Of a stretch of 64,000 nt of DNA, positions 11,801-26,800 are shown one piece after another (within the stretch, counting starts at the first letter, position 1; each line of letters begins with the position of its first letter). The position numbers and the translations under genes are program-made. The notes below the pieces were generated by a model. That model was given only the letters and a program-made list of their open reading frames with translations, was not told where the DNA came from and searched no databases. Source of the stretch: Podarcis bocagei (taxonomy: Eukaryota); NCBI GenBank assembly GCA_964188305.1, contig OZ076886.1. One strand, 5' to 3'.

Positions 11801-14800
11801 GAATTGTGAGCATTAGTCTGCATAGGCTCAGATACATCAGTAGAAGGCATTATATATTGTAAATCAGCAGCATGTGCTTCAGTTGTGTTTTGGCACTTGG
11901 ACATCTTTTGTTGCTCTTATCTTACCTGCCTGCCTGCCCTGAGGATTTTGCTTGGCCAGGTTGATCTTCGCTTACTGGAGAAATAATGTCAAATTGTATA
12001 GGAGTGTCAGGTGCAACAAGAGAGTCCAAGGAAAGAGCTGATAGAGATGCTGAATCAGATCCCAAAGACCCAGTGCTGCTAGTACGAGTCGTGGGAGGAC
12101 GAGCCTGTCTAAAAAAAACAAGTAAGAACAGAAGGAATTGTCTCAAGCTATACAATATTTTATGTTTCAGTGGATTCTGGGGAAATCCCTAGTCATCATC
12201 ATTGTCATCATCAATAATCACTTCCTTCCTTCCCACTTACCAATCTGAAACTACCTGCCAGTCATCCCACTTCAAGTCAGTATAATGGTTTTAAATAAAC
12301 CACCTGAAACTCAGGATCATGGAAACACCCTAAATCAGGATTGCCAATGCAGTGCCCTCCAGATGCTGGGCTATAATTCCCTTCATCTCTGCCCATAGGC
12401 CATGCTGGCTAAGACTGATCTAAGGCTGATGGGAACTGGGTGTCCAACGATGTCTGAAGACAGCTCAAAGCCTATCTAACAGTTACCCTCACCATCAATT
12501 CAGAAACTTTAACAGAATGGTCATGAAGAATAATAAGCAAGGGCCTAAATAAGATAATGTGATAATTCCTCAGATCATGTCCAGGTCAAACAGGCTATTA
12601 AAGTGACATACCTACAGCATTCATTCCATCAAGCTGTAAGAGAAGTATAAAGACAGGACTGCAGCTCCCTTCCATTAGCTCTGCTTAAAGACAAGGAACT
12701 TTATACTTCTCTCCAAATGTTCCCATTCCTATTGTTCTCTGCAATATCTCTGTAACTTAAGAATTAGTGCCCAAGCTTGCTTTTTAAAGAAATTAAATAT
12801 TAACTGCAGCTGGAACTCAATATTATGAGAGTTATCCCACATACCATTCTCCCAAATAGTACCTACTAATACATCAGAAACACATAATAGGGCAATTGGA
12901 AGCATCAAACCCTATGAGCAAAGAAGCAATAGTGAAATGACTAAACTGTTAGATACAGCTTGCATGGAAAATTACTTGACACTCTGTCTTAGCCTAACTT
13001 CCAGACTTGCTAAAAGAAATACAAAGCAGAAGGGGAAGAACATCCCAAACAGGACAGTTTTAGAAAGAGCCAACAAACTTCACAAATCCAAATTGATACT
13101 CAGACAAATCAAAGAATTTAGATTATCAGCAAGCTCTCCCTAAACCAATGGGAGCCACTTCTGCAATAAGAGACCATCAATGAAATGTTTTTACAAAGCT
13201 AACTTTGAGAGGAAATGCATGGCAATTCATTGCAAGATTTAAGTAACCTTCAGTGATATTTTAAAACAACCCCAAATAACCATCCAAACTTCACTGGCTC
13301 CTGGAGAAATAACCAGGTTTGACTGAACATAATCTTTAATCAGTCTGCTGTTTTACAACTTACACAGCTGGTCTCATGCTCTCATGTCTCTGCTGGAAGG
13401 AAGGAGAGGGGGTAACAGCTTCTAAAGCCGACTGATTTACACGTGCAGCAATTTCCTATGTTTGCAGGGAGGGCGACAAAAAAAAGGAGTTTCCTTTCAG
13501 TTAAATTTGAATATACACTTCTCACTGACAGTCATATAGAAGCTGTGTGCCAACTGTATTTTACCCTCTCAAAAATTATTTTTATAAATAATTATGTTTA
13601 AATCTTTACCCTGCTCCATTGTAAGCATTTTGGCAAATGCAGTAGACACATAAGGGTGCAAATGGCATATTTCTAGAATAAAGAGCCTTACTGTACAAGA
13701 AAAGAATTCACATCTCAGAGCTGCTTTGCATATTTCTTTCCCAAATACAGAGTGATCTTTATAGTGAAAATGCAATTTATAAACATCTAAATGATAGCAG
13801 AGGTGTATTTATCACATACTGATGATGAAGCTGATAGATACAGGCACCCCCCTCCCTACTTATACAGGTGTTATGTTCCAAGCTGCTGTGTGAATAAGCG
13901 AAAATTGCATTAAGTGGGGAGCACCCTCTAAATGCCCTCTCTGCCACTTTTTCTCCAGTCCACACCAACAATACTGTTTCCAACACTGAGACCGGCTGGA
14001 ACCTGGAGGATGCGCAAAAAAGTGGCTGCTGCACTACTGCACACATCCGCTGTTAGTTGGGGAGGCTGAGCAGCTTAAACAAAGCCCCCACTGTGCCTCC
14101 AGTCTCTTTGGGGCTTCCTCACTGGCATCCTCTTTGGGCTCCGGGGAGAGTCTCCTTGCAAGGCACAAAGACTCTCCAGCTCTCTCCCACCATTTCCAGG
14201 TTTGAATTAAATTATTTATTTATTTGCCAGCGCTGCATGGTCACACACGAGTCAACTATGTGTAAGTGGTGGTGGGGAGCCTGTATAGCGTTTCGTTTCT
14301 TCCAATCTTATTAATTTATTGGCTTGGAAAAGTATAAAATATTTAAAATGGAGCAAGTAAAATCTTGAATAATTGAGGCTGTCTCATTATCAGTACTCTA
14401 ACAAATTCCATTCATTCTCTCCAGTACAAAGCATTACATTTGACTTCATTATGGCTGAGAAGGAGAAACTCCATGAAACTTTCCCCTCTCCATCCAATTA
14501 CTGCACAATACAATTTGTATCATTTTCTAAAGACACAAGTGCAAAATTATAGGTAAATTTTAGTAACTCATTTTTGCCATGCAAGCCTTTGGTATGTCAA
14601 GGATTCGTTTACTTATAGCTTCAGATTTTATTCCAAATCATGGTGAAGAAGAGTCTAGGCTTGCACAATGAATGAACTGACAAATTGAAGTTACAGCTAT
14701 AGTTGTGTCTCTGAGGCAGCTACAACACTGAAACAGAAAAGCTGAACAAATGGAAAACAAAAACAAGCAAGTAGCTCTAAATCATAGTATGCTTAGGAAA

Positions 14801-17800
14801 GCAGTGTAAGTTGCTTTAAATCGTAAATGTAGGTTTAAACCTGAAGTTTCATACTCCATACTACAACTAATTTATAAAACACTCCTCTTAATTTCCCAGC
14901 ACAGACTAGATTAGGAAATTTCATTAAAACACAAATTTAACTTTTCATTTATGTTTATAAATAAAATTTACTCTGACATTAGAAGAAATAAATCACATTA
15001 CCTCTGGGTTTTCGCTTAGATAGATCTGTTTGGAGATGTTGTTTATTGTACATATCCACTGAAAAAGAAAGCCAATAGGTGCAACTAAGTTTAAAATAGT
15101 GCAAAATCTTCTTCCACATTTTTCACTCCATTTTCTCCATGTAATTTGTTTCCTCTACATGTTCATATTTAACTTCTGAAGCAGCTAATTTTTCAGGGAG
15201 ATTAAAAATGTGATTCATCTGATCACATGGGGGCAACAGTGGAAAGTCGCGGGAAACCAACAGTATAGAGATTCCAGATAATGCTGTTTTTAAAATAAAA
15301 ATTATTGAGCAAGCTGTTTATACCTGGTCAAAAGTACAAAGCATTCCTTACAATGACCTACTGACAATACTCATTTCAGTTGTTCATAATGGTACACAGA
15401 ATAAGTCTAATAATAAGGAGAAGAATTAATCTCATTGTGCAAGCTTTTCTTGAATTACTTGGAATTTGGTTGGTTCTGGAAGTGAGAATTCCAGTTATGA
15501 CTCTCTGGGTACTTTTGATGATGCCATCTTTTTATCTGCTTTAATAAGGTGCGCTGAATTGGTTTTACTGTGGTGGTGCTTCACAGTGTACAGTCAACTT
15601 TGTCAGATGCTCATCCTTTAAGTCTTTGAAGCGCCACAAGACAATCTGTAATTTTAGCACTCATTCTTGTGCAGCAGCTTACCTCTTCATAATCTTTTCT
15701 GCTCTCTGCCTGAAGAATTGAAGACCTGGCAGAAAAGTAAGTAAAAATGAACAGATTTAAATGTATTTCTCAAGGGAAATTATAATATAATATAATATAA
15801 TATAATATAATATAATATAATATAATATAATATAAGGAATTTTGATACTATTTAGGCAGTGTATTTCTTTACTAAATATAGGATTGACACTTTGCTGCTT
15901 TCTAAACTATAGATAAAACACTCCAGATAAAATACACTCCAGGTGTATTTTTCACATTTGGAAAGTTTATCTATGTGCCATGGGGCTTACCAAGTCCCAG
16001 GGGTGAATAGCACATATCCAGCTGCGTCCATGAGCTAAGCAACTGAGACAGCCACTCACTGATACAAGAGTGGTAAAAGTCAGCAATCTTGAGGTGTCTG
16101 TTATAACAAGAATTTGGCCCTGCCTGGGGTTGTGCAATACTGTCCTCTCAGTAAAAGAACAGAGGTGGCAGGCAGGCAAGCAGCAGATAATGAAGAGTTC
16201 AGTAGAATATAATCTAGGGCTAGATAAACCAAAATAATATTAACTAAGAATCTAAAATGGTAATATACCCAATATAAACATTTGTTTTAATGAGCCTACT
16301 CCAAGTAAAGATTGAATACAGCACATCCTCTCATTTTTTTGGACTACAAAATTTACTTAAAATTTCAGCACACAGAATGATATCAAGTCCTGATCAACTG
16401 ATCTGATTTCATATCAAAAATTTGGATTTTACTAGAAGTTTTACATGCCTGCCATTTTCTCCAATCTGATGGACAAAAAATGAAGCCTCCCTCCCTTCTA
16501 CCCACACATTCTCTTTTTAATAATTCCCCCCTCAAACCCAAAGTGCTTTCAATTTTCTCTCTAACAGCTGCATTAGTTAAAACAAAAGAAACAAAATACA
16601 AACTTTTTGCCATCAAAAGAGGTTATCTGAAAGCAGTATCTTCGGTCTTCACAATCCACAGCCATTACTGAACAGTTGTCTATATCCATAACAAGTCCTC
16701 CAGCTACATCACCTCTTGCCTGACTCATTAGGTTTCCACCCTGAGTGAAGTAAAATTGTCTGTCCCAGCTGGAAGACACCAGCCCCGTTTTACTGAAATA
16801 AGAAAAGAGATTAACTTAATATTTTACTAGCTGGAGGCGAGCATAGGCAGGCATCTCCACACAGAAGAGCTTTCACAAATCCAAGGCCTGGTGTAAAGTT
16901 CGTATCATCACTTTCCAATCTAACAAGAGTGTGCGTGGCAGCTATTTTATCAGTCAAGTGCCTTTTATCAGCTCTGGTTGATAAGACAGTTTTGGTCATT
17001 CCTGGACTGATATAGCTGTGCCACTGTGGTTCTGGCACTGGTAGCCTCAATGCTGGATTATTACAATGCAATACACTCTATGTAGGGGTTCCCTTGGGCT
17101 TAGTCTGGAAGCTGCAGCTGATACAGAAAGCAGCAGGTAGGTTGTTGATTCAAGGTTTTGCTTTTAGCATTTAAAGTTCTCAACTTGGGACCAGGTCGCC
17201 AAGGAGACTGGCTGACCCCATATTTCCCTGCCCAGCAACTGTACTCCTGGAATGGGCCACTGATGAGTGTGCCACATGCTCCAGAGATGCACTTAGTATG
17301 TACTAGAAACCAGGCTTCTAGTGTTGCAGCTCCAGCCCTCTGGAATAAGTTACCTGAAATTAGATAAGCACCAAGCATCTTGGTATTTAGGGCACTAATA
17401 GATTTTTTTCCAAGAATGCTTTCCCTGAAGTGTGGCCCAGTCATGTTATGGAATATTAATGAATTAATTATAATAAATGATTTTATTGGTGTTCAGTTTT
17501 CCAACTCTGTAATCTTTTGTATCTTATCTTATTGTACACTGCTTTAATACCTTTAGTTTGTGAAGCTGCTTATAAAACTGCAAATAAAGAACATAAAAAG
17601 TCTCTACCACATTAAGACAAAAGCATACACATTGCATTTCAACTTTGTAATCTAAGCATTTACTGGCATTCTAGCATAGTTCTTTAAAAATATTTGATTT
17701 CAAAAGTTCTTTTTGCAAATTCTTCTATTAAATTTTCTACATCACTTGCCATGAAATGTAAGCATGTCATTTCAAAATAGTTTATTCAACACAGTGTTAG

Positions 17801-20800
17801 GGGAAAGATTAGAAACTTAAACCATTTCAAATATTTGGAAGACACAGGAAATACTCCTATTTTTAAATGCACATAGCAATAATTCAGGTCCTACAAACTA
17901 GCTTAGGCTGTTGCAATTCATACAAAGACAGAGGAAATTGATTCTTACTTTCTTGCATTAAGATAACCAGCTTTCCGAGTAAGGTGCCGCTGGACAGGAA
18001 ATTTTGTAGGATCAGGATCTGGCAGGTACAATGGGTCACTGGCTGCCTCCAAGTCTCCTATAGTCTGCTGCATAGTCTCTACGTCATGGTCCATTTCCCT
18101 ACGAACACTAAACAAATTGGGCAAATGCTTTAGTTTAACTGTAATAAGTATTTTTTAAAAAAGAAAAAGACGTTAAACCATTCATTTTAAAAGAAAAAAG
18201 TTAACTTACTCCTGAACACTTGTCCCAATATTTGTTAAAAATTCTTCCAGTTGTTCAGAAAGATTTTCTGAGCCCATCTTAAAGAAGCTTATCTTTTAGA
18301 AAGGAGAATCAAATCATTTAACAATTAATATTTAGGTGTATATAATGGAAATTAAGATTGTATTTTTAAAGAAACAAAAATATAGCTACAGACGCAGAGC
18401 AGGATAATCAGTCACACTATATGATTAAAGAGAAAACTGAGAAAAACACAACCCCTGTAAGACTATATTCACAATTTCTCCTAACTAAAAGAATAATCCC
18501 CACTAATTACAAGGAGGAAGAACTATACAGACTGTACAGTGTTTTAACTTCTGTTTATATATGCCTTTATCTCCTCAAAAAGCTTAGACAGATTCAGTCT
18601 CCACAATTTATTTGCATGTTGGGAGTCTCCCCACACCTCACCCGTCACACTCAAGGACTTGTTCTGCCGATACTAAATGCAAATGGTAGCACAAGGCAGT
18701 CCTATTTCCTCATGTACTGAATTTTCATGCAACTGGCATATTTATTTTTGAGGTTTTAATATTTTTAAATTGTATTAAGCATCAAAAACACTCCTATAAC
18801 ACTAGCACGCCTAGACATAAATCCCAAGTACACTTATTCTTTAACCAGAATAATTTTATGTATGCATCTTATTTCACAGACATTCACCTGAGCTTGCATG
18901 TATCCTAACAAGGGTTCCAACATAGCAATTTTCTTCTTATACTGCAGAGTATTTAATGCACAGAAATAATGCATCATGGTCTGATGTTGTTTCTTCCGGG
19001 AAGTATATACATCTTCTGTAACCTCATACTTGACCTGAGGAGAAACAGAATTTCTGACTCAAGGCAGTGTATTGTGCCAATAAAAGAATTGTTTTACATG
19101 ACATTTATTAATTAACAACTCTTTTTATTTTATTATTAACATGCTATGTTCACAAACACTGTCCTATATAGTTACACAAACCATAAATCAATTAAAATAA
19201 TAAATGAAGATCAACAGAGCAATAAAGCCAATCCCAAGATCCAAAGCAAGCTTAACCAAATCCTTCCAAAACCTCAGAGAACAAGAATGTTCTAAGTAGC
19301 CCATCAAGGATGTGGCCACCTGTGCCTCAAGGGAGAACTAGTGCCCAGAATCAGGCACAACCACCAAGAAGGCCCAGTGTAACCTCCACATACAGCAAGC
19401 AACACTCGCCAATGAGACAAGAAGGGCTCCTTCAGCCAATCTCAGAGCTCAGGACGACTGATATGGGTAAAGATGTTGCATCAAGTACGTAGGAGCCAAG
19501 TTGTGCAGAGCTTTGTATGTTAACATCAGCACCTTAAACTAGGCCTGGCAGCATATAGTGTTAGATAGGCTTCACTTTAGGACATATGCACCAGCTCTCT
19601 TCTGATCTGCTTCATCATCAAAAGCTCAGTAGAAAACCAAGGCACAATTTAGGCTCTGGAGTGAGAGGTGTTTAAGAGCAATCCTGCCAACTGCCTCTCC
19701 TCTCCACCTCACCATTCCACAGCAAAACCAGGGCCTCAGCAGGAGCATCAAACAGAAAATTCCCCAGCAAATTCAGGAACTCATGAGATTTAATAAGCCT
19801 CTAGGGGTAGATCATACTAATCAGTCCCCTCATACCTATGGAGGGGAATTGGGTGTCAAGTAAAACGATACTAGGAAACAGTCCATCCATGAGAAAGTAT
19901 TAAGGACAACCACCCCAATCACAGAACCAGATAGGTCCACTGTGTGGCAAAGCCCAGATCAACGATCACCAGCAACTGGGCCACTGTATGAATATAATAA
20001 TAACCGGCCCATCTGGCTGGGCTTTCCCAGCCACTCTGGGCGGCTTCCAACAAAATACTAAAATACAGTAACCCATCAAACATTAAAAGCTTCCCTGAAC
20101 AGGATGCTGGACTAGATGGACCACTGGCCTGATCCAGCAGGCTGCTCTTATGCTCTTATGACATAGCCCCATGGTTGCCATGGAGGCCATGAATTCCTGA
20201 GCTGGACCTAAGAAGACATCCTCAGTATGGATGCTGAAGTCCTCAGTACAACTGTCTGTGGATTCTCCAACACCACCTTTGAGACCACCTCAGCCAGCTT
20301 TGACAGGAAACTATTGGTGGGTGGTATACCTAGAGGATGCCTTTTTTTGTCTCTTTGGTCCAGCACTAAATATCAACCCTCAAATTTAGCACTCAAGCAC
20401 ACTAGCTTCCTGTAAAAGAGATGACATTTTGATAGATGCAATACCCGCTTCCTCTACCTTTCAATCTATGCTGGTGCTGCACCAAATTACCCAGGAGAGG
20501 GTAATTTGGAGTTGTTCCACCCAACCAGATCTCTGCAACAGCAAATCAGCTTCCTTATTCATGGCCAGGTTGTAGTTAACAGGCATTAAGCTCTGGAGAT
20601 TTAAAATATAAACACCTCATGTTTTAAAAAAAGAACTAATGCCTTCTCCCCATTCTGCTGTATTGAACTACGTAATTTCAAAGAAAAATCCCACATGACA
20701 CCATATTTACAATGGCACAATATATATTTTCTATACAAGACTATCTGAACTGCTGGAGGTGTGTAACAGTTAATATAATTAAGCATGTGCATCATTTAAG

Positions 20801-23800
20801 AATTACCAGATTTTGTAGCCATTCTATAACATGAAATCTAAGTGCTGTATTGAAAATTTCTCAAACCTTCTCATTTTCTCTTTTTTTTGACAGTCGACTA
20901 TATCTGGTGATGGCAGTATCATGATCTGCAAAATGAAGTTTACACTGCATTTGAGTAGCAGCTACAAAACAATTTAAGTTTAAGGGACCCTCAGGGTCCC
21001 TTCCAACTCTACAATTCAATGATACTGTAAGTGCTTAATTTAAGGATAAAACAAGCTTCTCTTCATAGAAGTTATGTTACACTACCCACAACAGAATTGT
21101 TTAAATTATGAAATGCCATAGTAGGATACTGTAATACAAAATAGCTACTAAGATTTTCCCCCATGCGTTTAGTTATTCCAGAAGTATTTTAATAGCTTTT
21201 GAGATATTATTATGGTAAGAGTTTGCTAGCAAACTGAATGTCAAGGGCTTACCAACCTGTAAAAAGTTTCCTCCCATCCACTGTGTTTAAAATAACTATG
21301 TCTTTCAAATTAAAAGATACCTACTTCAGCCAACAAATTAGCAAAACAAACCACTGAAGCTAGAAATGGAGACTATGTTAATGCTTCACTCCTCTCAAAG
21401 CTCTGCACAACATCTGTAAAGCCTCACTATTTTCAAGAGTTCAGCCATACGTCATAACATTATAGAAGTGCCAGAGAATTAACATTTAAGGTATACTTAC
21501 CATTGCTTGAGATCTGAAAAACTTCTTTCAAAGTCAGAATCTCTGAAATGAATGCATTTTATTTAAGGAAGCACATAATATCAATGCAATTTTGCTAACT
21601 GTACTATAAAATATAGAAAAAGACTTGATTCAGGGTTTTATAATTGGACAACGGAACATTCAGTACAGAACACCAATTCTGCAACTATTTCTGAAAAAAA
21701 GATCCAAGTAAATGTGCATAAGGGTTCAGCCTTACATTTCTAACTGTCTAATAGGCATTGAGTACTGCCTATTTTCTTTTTAAATTAGCCTACTTTTCTA
21801 CTCAAAAGTGACTCTGAAGACCAAAAAACTACAATGAATAGTAATTTTCAAATTATTTAAAATATAATACTGGAGTTCTGTTTACTGAAACCAGAGTATG
21901 TTATAAATTCAAATTATGTGAACTGAAGCATGATCAACTTCTCTACATCATTTGTGACAGTAACTACCGTACCTTTTAGATCTCTTTCCTTGAACTGGGT
22001 AATGGGAAACATCATGGCATCAGCTAATTGAGTTGATAGTACTGCATGACAAGAACTGAGCTAAGGAGAGGGGGAAACCACAAAGGTACACAATTTTATC
22101 TACAGATAGAGATTTCTCCTGTTTCACAAATACTTCAACTAACGCAAACATCAAGTTTCAACTGAACATAACTTACAAGTCTTCATTAAAAACAGACAAA
22201 GAGGGCACAATCCAGCCAAAATTAAGCACATCAACATTCCAGTAATGCCAATTAAAGTTACGTACAGCCACCCCAGTTTGTACACCCTTATCTGGAAGCA
22301 AGTGCCACTGAACTCTCTGAACAGATATGCACAGGGTGGTCCTTACAACTCTTTTCCTTCATAAAGTCTGTCCTATTCTTTCGACCTTTAACAGGTTTTA
22401 GTTTATTTGTTTGTTTCCTAAAATTTGGTTGTCAATTGATTGTAAAAACTTCAAAGTGGTTATTCATGGTATTTGTGTAAGTTAGGTAGCAGGGTCATTT
22501 GGACAGGGACTGCCTTATGAATTTTGTACAGCAATCAAGGATCTAATTATTTCCCCCTCCCCAACCCCACCAATCTCTCGCACCTGGCCAATGTCCCTTC
22601 CCTAACACCTGACCAAACTCCCCCACTCATTCCACACCAAATCCCAGCCTGCTTCTTTCACATCCTGCTCAAACAGTTCTTCCCTCACAGGTTGTTATGT
22701 GTTTAATGGAGATAGGGTGCATGAAAGAGTGATTTGCTGAAGCATTCTATGAAGCATCCTCAGATTCCTGGAGCAGCACTTAAAGAACGGTGAGACGTGC
22801 TTCAAATAGTGGTTTGGAAAATTTATCCCTGAAGTGCTCCCCCCCCCCAACACATTAAGCATCTCTTCTTCCTCAGCAGCTCACCTAGGCTGGCTCTCCA
22901 CCCCCCGCCCACACTTGCTCATTTGTTTGCCTGCTGCTCTCTTGTTGCACTGAAGTTGGCATGGCCACCTGTGGGTAGCCATGCAAACTATATCATCACA
23001 CCTACAAAACTATAGTATAGGGAGATATAAAGCACAAGGAGGCCTGCCGATCCGAAGGTCGGCGGTTCGAATCCCCGCGACGGGGTGAGCTCCCGTTGCT
23101 CGGTCCCGGCTCCTGTCAACCTAGCAGTTTGAAAGCATGTCAAAGTGCAAGTAGATAAATAGGTACTGCTCTGGCGGGAAGGTAAACGGAGTTTCCGTGC
23201 ACTGCTCTGGTTCGCCAGAAGCGGCTTAGTCATGCTGGCCACATGACCCGGAAGCTGTACGCTGGCTCCCTCTGCCAGTAAAGCAAGATGAGCGCCACAA
23301 CCCCAGAGTCATCCGCGACTGGACCTAATGGTCAGGGGTCCCTTTACCTTTACCTCATTTGAGACTTACATTCTGGAGATTAAAGTAACATTTAACATAG
23401 GCTAAAAGCTTTCTCTAACAGTCACCTGTCTCTTCAACAGTTAAAGACCAATTTCTTCAGCCATGAAATGCTGTCACCAAAAGAACATAACTATTAAACT
23501 TGACTTCTTTCAATTTATCAGGAACTACGCCACTTAGCACAATGGGGTACCAATCCTAAACAAGGCCCTCTGGTACAATTATAGCACTAACCATGAATAA
23601 CAAGTAGGACGTTACTCTTAAATGAACTTAAAGAAATGCATGCTCTGTTGCTTTAGAAGCAAAACAGGCCCTTCCTAATTTAAGGCATTCTACTGAGACT
23701 CTTCGTTGAAAGCATCAGAAAAGGGGAAGAGTCACCAGTTTTACATAAAAGGCTCAGTATGAATTGGACTATTGCAAACCATCACTATGATTTGTAAATA

Positions 23801-26800
23801 CATAGACAAATGTGAATCTAAAAAAGAACAGCAAACATACAAACTTACCTCATCTATCACTTTTGCAAATTGCTGCAGTGTAGAATTCATAACTTCATCA
23901 TCACCTCCCAAGGGAAAGCGCTACCAAAACAAAAACACATATTTTACTCAGAAGTTAACCTCCGTTTACTTTTCTTATAAAGATTTAGAACAACACTCCA
24001 AAGCTTTAGCAAAATATGCTGGTATCTAATAGCACTGATATGCTCAAAGAATGGAAATTCCTGGCTGATTATAGGCCAAGAAAAAATGCATTTGTGGAAC
24101 TTTTTTGAATGAACATACCTGACAAAAAGACAAGTTAGCTGATGTTAGTAGAATGCCTATGTTGTTCTAAAACTGAAATGTTAAGTTTGCTTATTCGTGG
24201 TGGTTTTAACTTGGATGCTGTTTCTTTACTAGTCAGGTTCTGTGTTTTTAACAGTAAGAATGACATGAAGAAATTAAGCAAATGGAGCTTTCCCTGCCTG
24301 GCACAGAAATAAAGAAACAGGAAACACTTCACCTCCTTAATTCCCACATGACTGGCTACTTTTAAAGCTGAGGTAGTGAATGTGTGTTGCTGAACTACAG
24401 TTCTGATTTTCACTGGCCAGACTGGCTGGGGCTGATGGAAGGTGGGAGTCCAACAACAACCAAGGACCACCAATTCCCCGCCCTGCATTAAATGAACATA
24501 AGCTGACCCAGTATAAGAGGCTAGCAATCTTCAGATTGTAACATAGAATTGTAGAGTTCTAAGAACATAACCCAAATATGTTCATTCATACCTGTTTCTC
24601 ATATTCCTTTAGAAGCTTTGAAGTCAAATGTGTTGCTGCACTTAATTCATTCTGGTTAAGGGGGAAAAAGACAAGAAATATTTCCTACTTTGCACTGATA
24701 ATGAAAATATACTGTAGATTTCATAAAAACACCACACAACTGCAAAGAGCCACTCTGGATGCAACCTTCTGGATTATTTAACCATGGTAAGGTGGTGCTT
24801 AGCTATTAAGTAAAAAAAAGAAGATCTTTTTTGTCATATCATAAATTTCACACTTTTGAACCAGAAGCTGCGGATACCAGGCATTTCTAAGTTAAACCAA
24901 CAATACATGATCACACTTAGATTGCTGTTAAGCCAATGTAAAAGGGACCATCATTCAAAACAAAAGGCAGTATCATTCTCTCTAACAGCAAGATTAGCCC
25001 CCTGCCAATCAGTTTGGAAGAAAACCCAACAAATGAGAAGGAAGCTTGCTGCATCCCTGGGGAAACGACAAGTTATGTAGAAGTATACATATATTAAAAA
25101 CTACACCCACAAAGGGGGCAGTTAAATAGTAATAATTCGGTGTGCATGCATGAGCTCATATGTGCTGTGGTGGTGGGGAGAGAGGGAAGAGGGAGAGTGG
25201 AGTTCAGGAAGGCAGTTATCATAGCTTTGGGAGCAGCCTCAGAACTCTGAAAGGAGCAGCTGGATAGTGCTCCAGAGCAGGTGAACAAGTTAACCAGGAG
25301 GACAACAGCAGCTGAAAAAATAAGCAAATAAAAACCAAAGAAAAGACACATATTCACATGGAATGTCGGTACAAGGCAGTTAGTAGTTGGAGTGTGAAGT
25401 AATGGACAGAAAGGGAAAGAATAGAAAGAAAAAAAGAAGCAAAGACACATATAGAATATAGAAAATATAAAACACACTATTTTGGAGAGCTAACTCAAGA
25501 GTAGCTAACATATGCATTCTGCAATAATCACCCTACCTGTGCATCATAAATTCGGTGCATGGCTTGATACAGCTGGCTAATATATCTGGAAATGGCTGCA
25601 GCATCTTCTTCAAATACACCCAGCAAGGAACGTGTCTAAAAATAACAATGTACATTCATAACATTAACATTAAAATTATAGTGTAGTAGCTACATTTTAG
25701 TTTCCAGGGACTCAAACCATATTGGAATAAAACGTATTGCTACTAGGCATTTGACATGCGTCTAGCAGTCATGAAGCAGAAAGACCTCCTAAGACACTAC
25801 CACACTTCTTCAGATACACTTCTTCAGATACAGATACACTATCTGAAGAAGTGTGCATGAACACGAAAGCTTATACCAAGAACAAATTTAGTTGGTCTCT
25901 AAGGGACGCGGGTGGCACTGTGGGTAAAACCTCAGCACCTAGGACTTGCCGATCGTAAGGTCGGCGGTTCGAATTCCCGCGGCGGGGTGAGCTCCCGTCG
26001 TTCGGTCCCAGCTCCTGCCCACCTAGCAGTTCGAAAGCACCCCTAAGTGCAAGTAGATAAATAGGTACCGCTTTATAGCAGGAAGGTATAAATGGCGTTT
26101 CCGTGTGCTGCGCTGGTGCTGGCTCGCCAGCTGCAGCTTCGTCACGCTGGCCACATGACCCGGAAGTGTCTTCGGACAGCGCTGGCTCCCAGCCTCTTAA
26201 GTGAGATGAGCACACAACCCTAGAGTTGGACACGACTGGCCCGTACGGGCAGGGGTACCTTTACCTTTACCTTTAAGGTGCTACTGGACAAACTTTTTAT
26301 ATATATTTTGACTGTGTCAGACCAACACGGCTACCTACCTGAATCTAGAATTATGGATAATAGGTTCATCGATGGCTACATGCTGTAATAACAAGAACTT
26401 GAACTCGTGTCTTTGAAGACAACTTATGCTTCCAGTTAGGGGAACCTGATGACAAACAATGGGCACAGCCATTTCCAGCATGTCCTCCTTGTGAGCTTTC
26501 CAGCCACCTAGCTGCTAATGAAGACCAAGTACAAATGCCTCAGGTTACAAACGCTTCAGGTTACAAACTCCGCTAGCCTGGAAGAGTTACCTTGAGTTGA
26601 GAACTTTGCCCCAGGATGAGAACGGAAATCGTGTGCTGGCGGCGCAGCGGCAGCAAGAGGCCCCATTAGCGAAAGCACGCCTCTAAGAACAGTTTCAGGT
26701 TAAGAATGGACCTCCAGAACGAATTAAGTTCGTAACTAGAGGTACCACTGTACTGGAATATATAGTTTCTGGTCTATGTAATACACACATACACACACAA

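Larger units (their letters stand above)
25800..26348 (+). mobile_element. Penelope-like element terminal (pseudo-LTR) fragment, split by a Sauria SINE
   Basis: Homologous to the reverse complement of 51825-51955; short inverted copies of its 5' end at 25801-25839. Confidence 0.8.

Noticed and set aside
25903-26000. tRNA gene
   Set aside because: The A/B-box-like head belongs to a Sauria SINE repeated five times in the window
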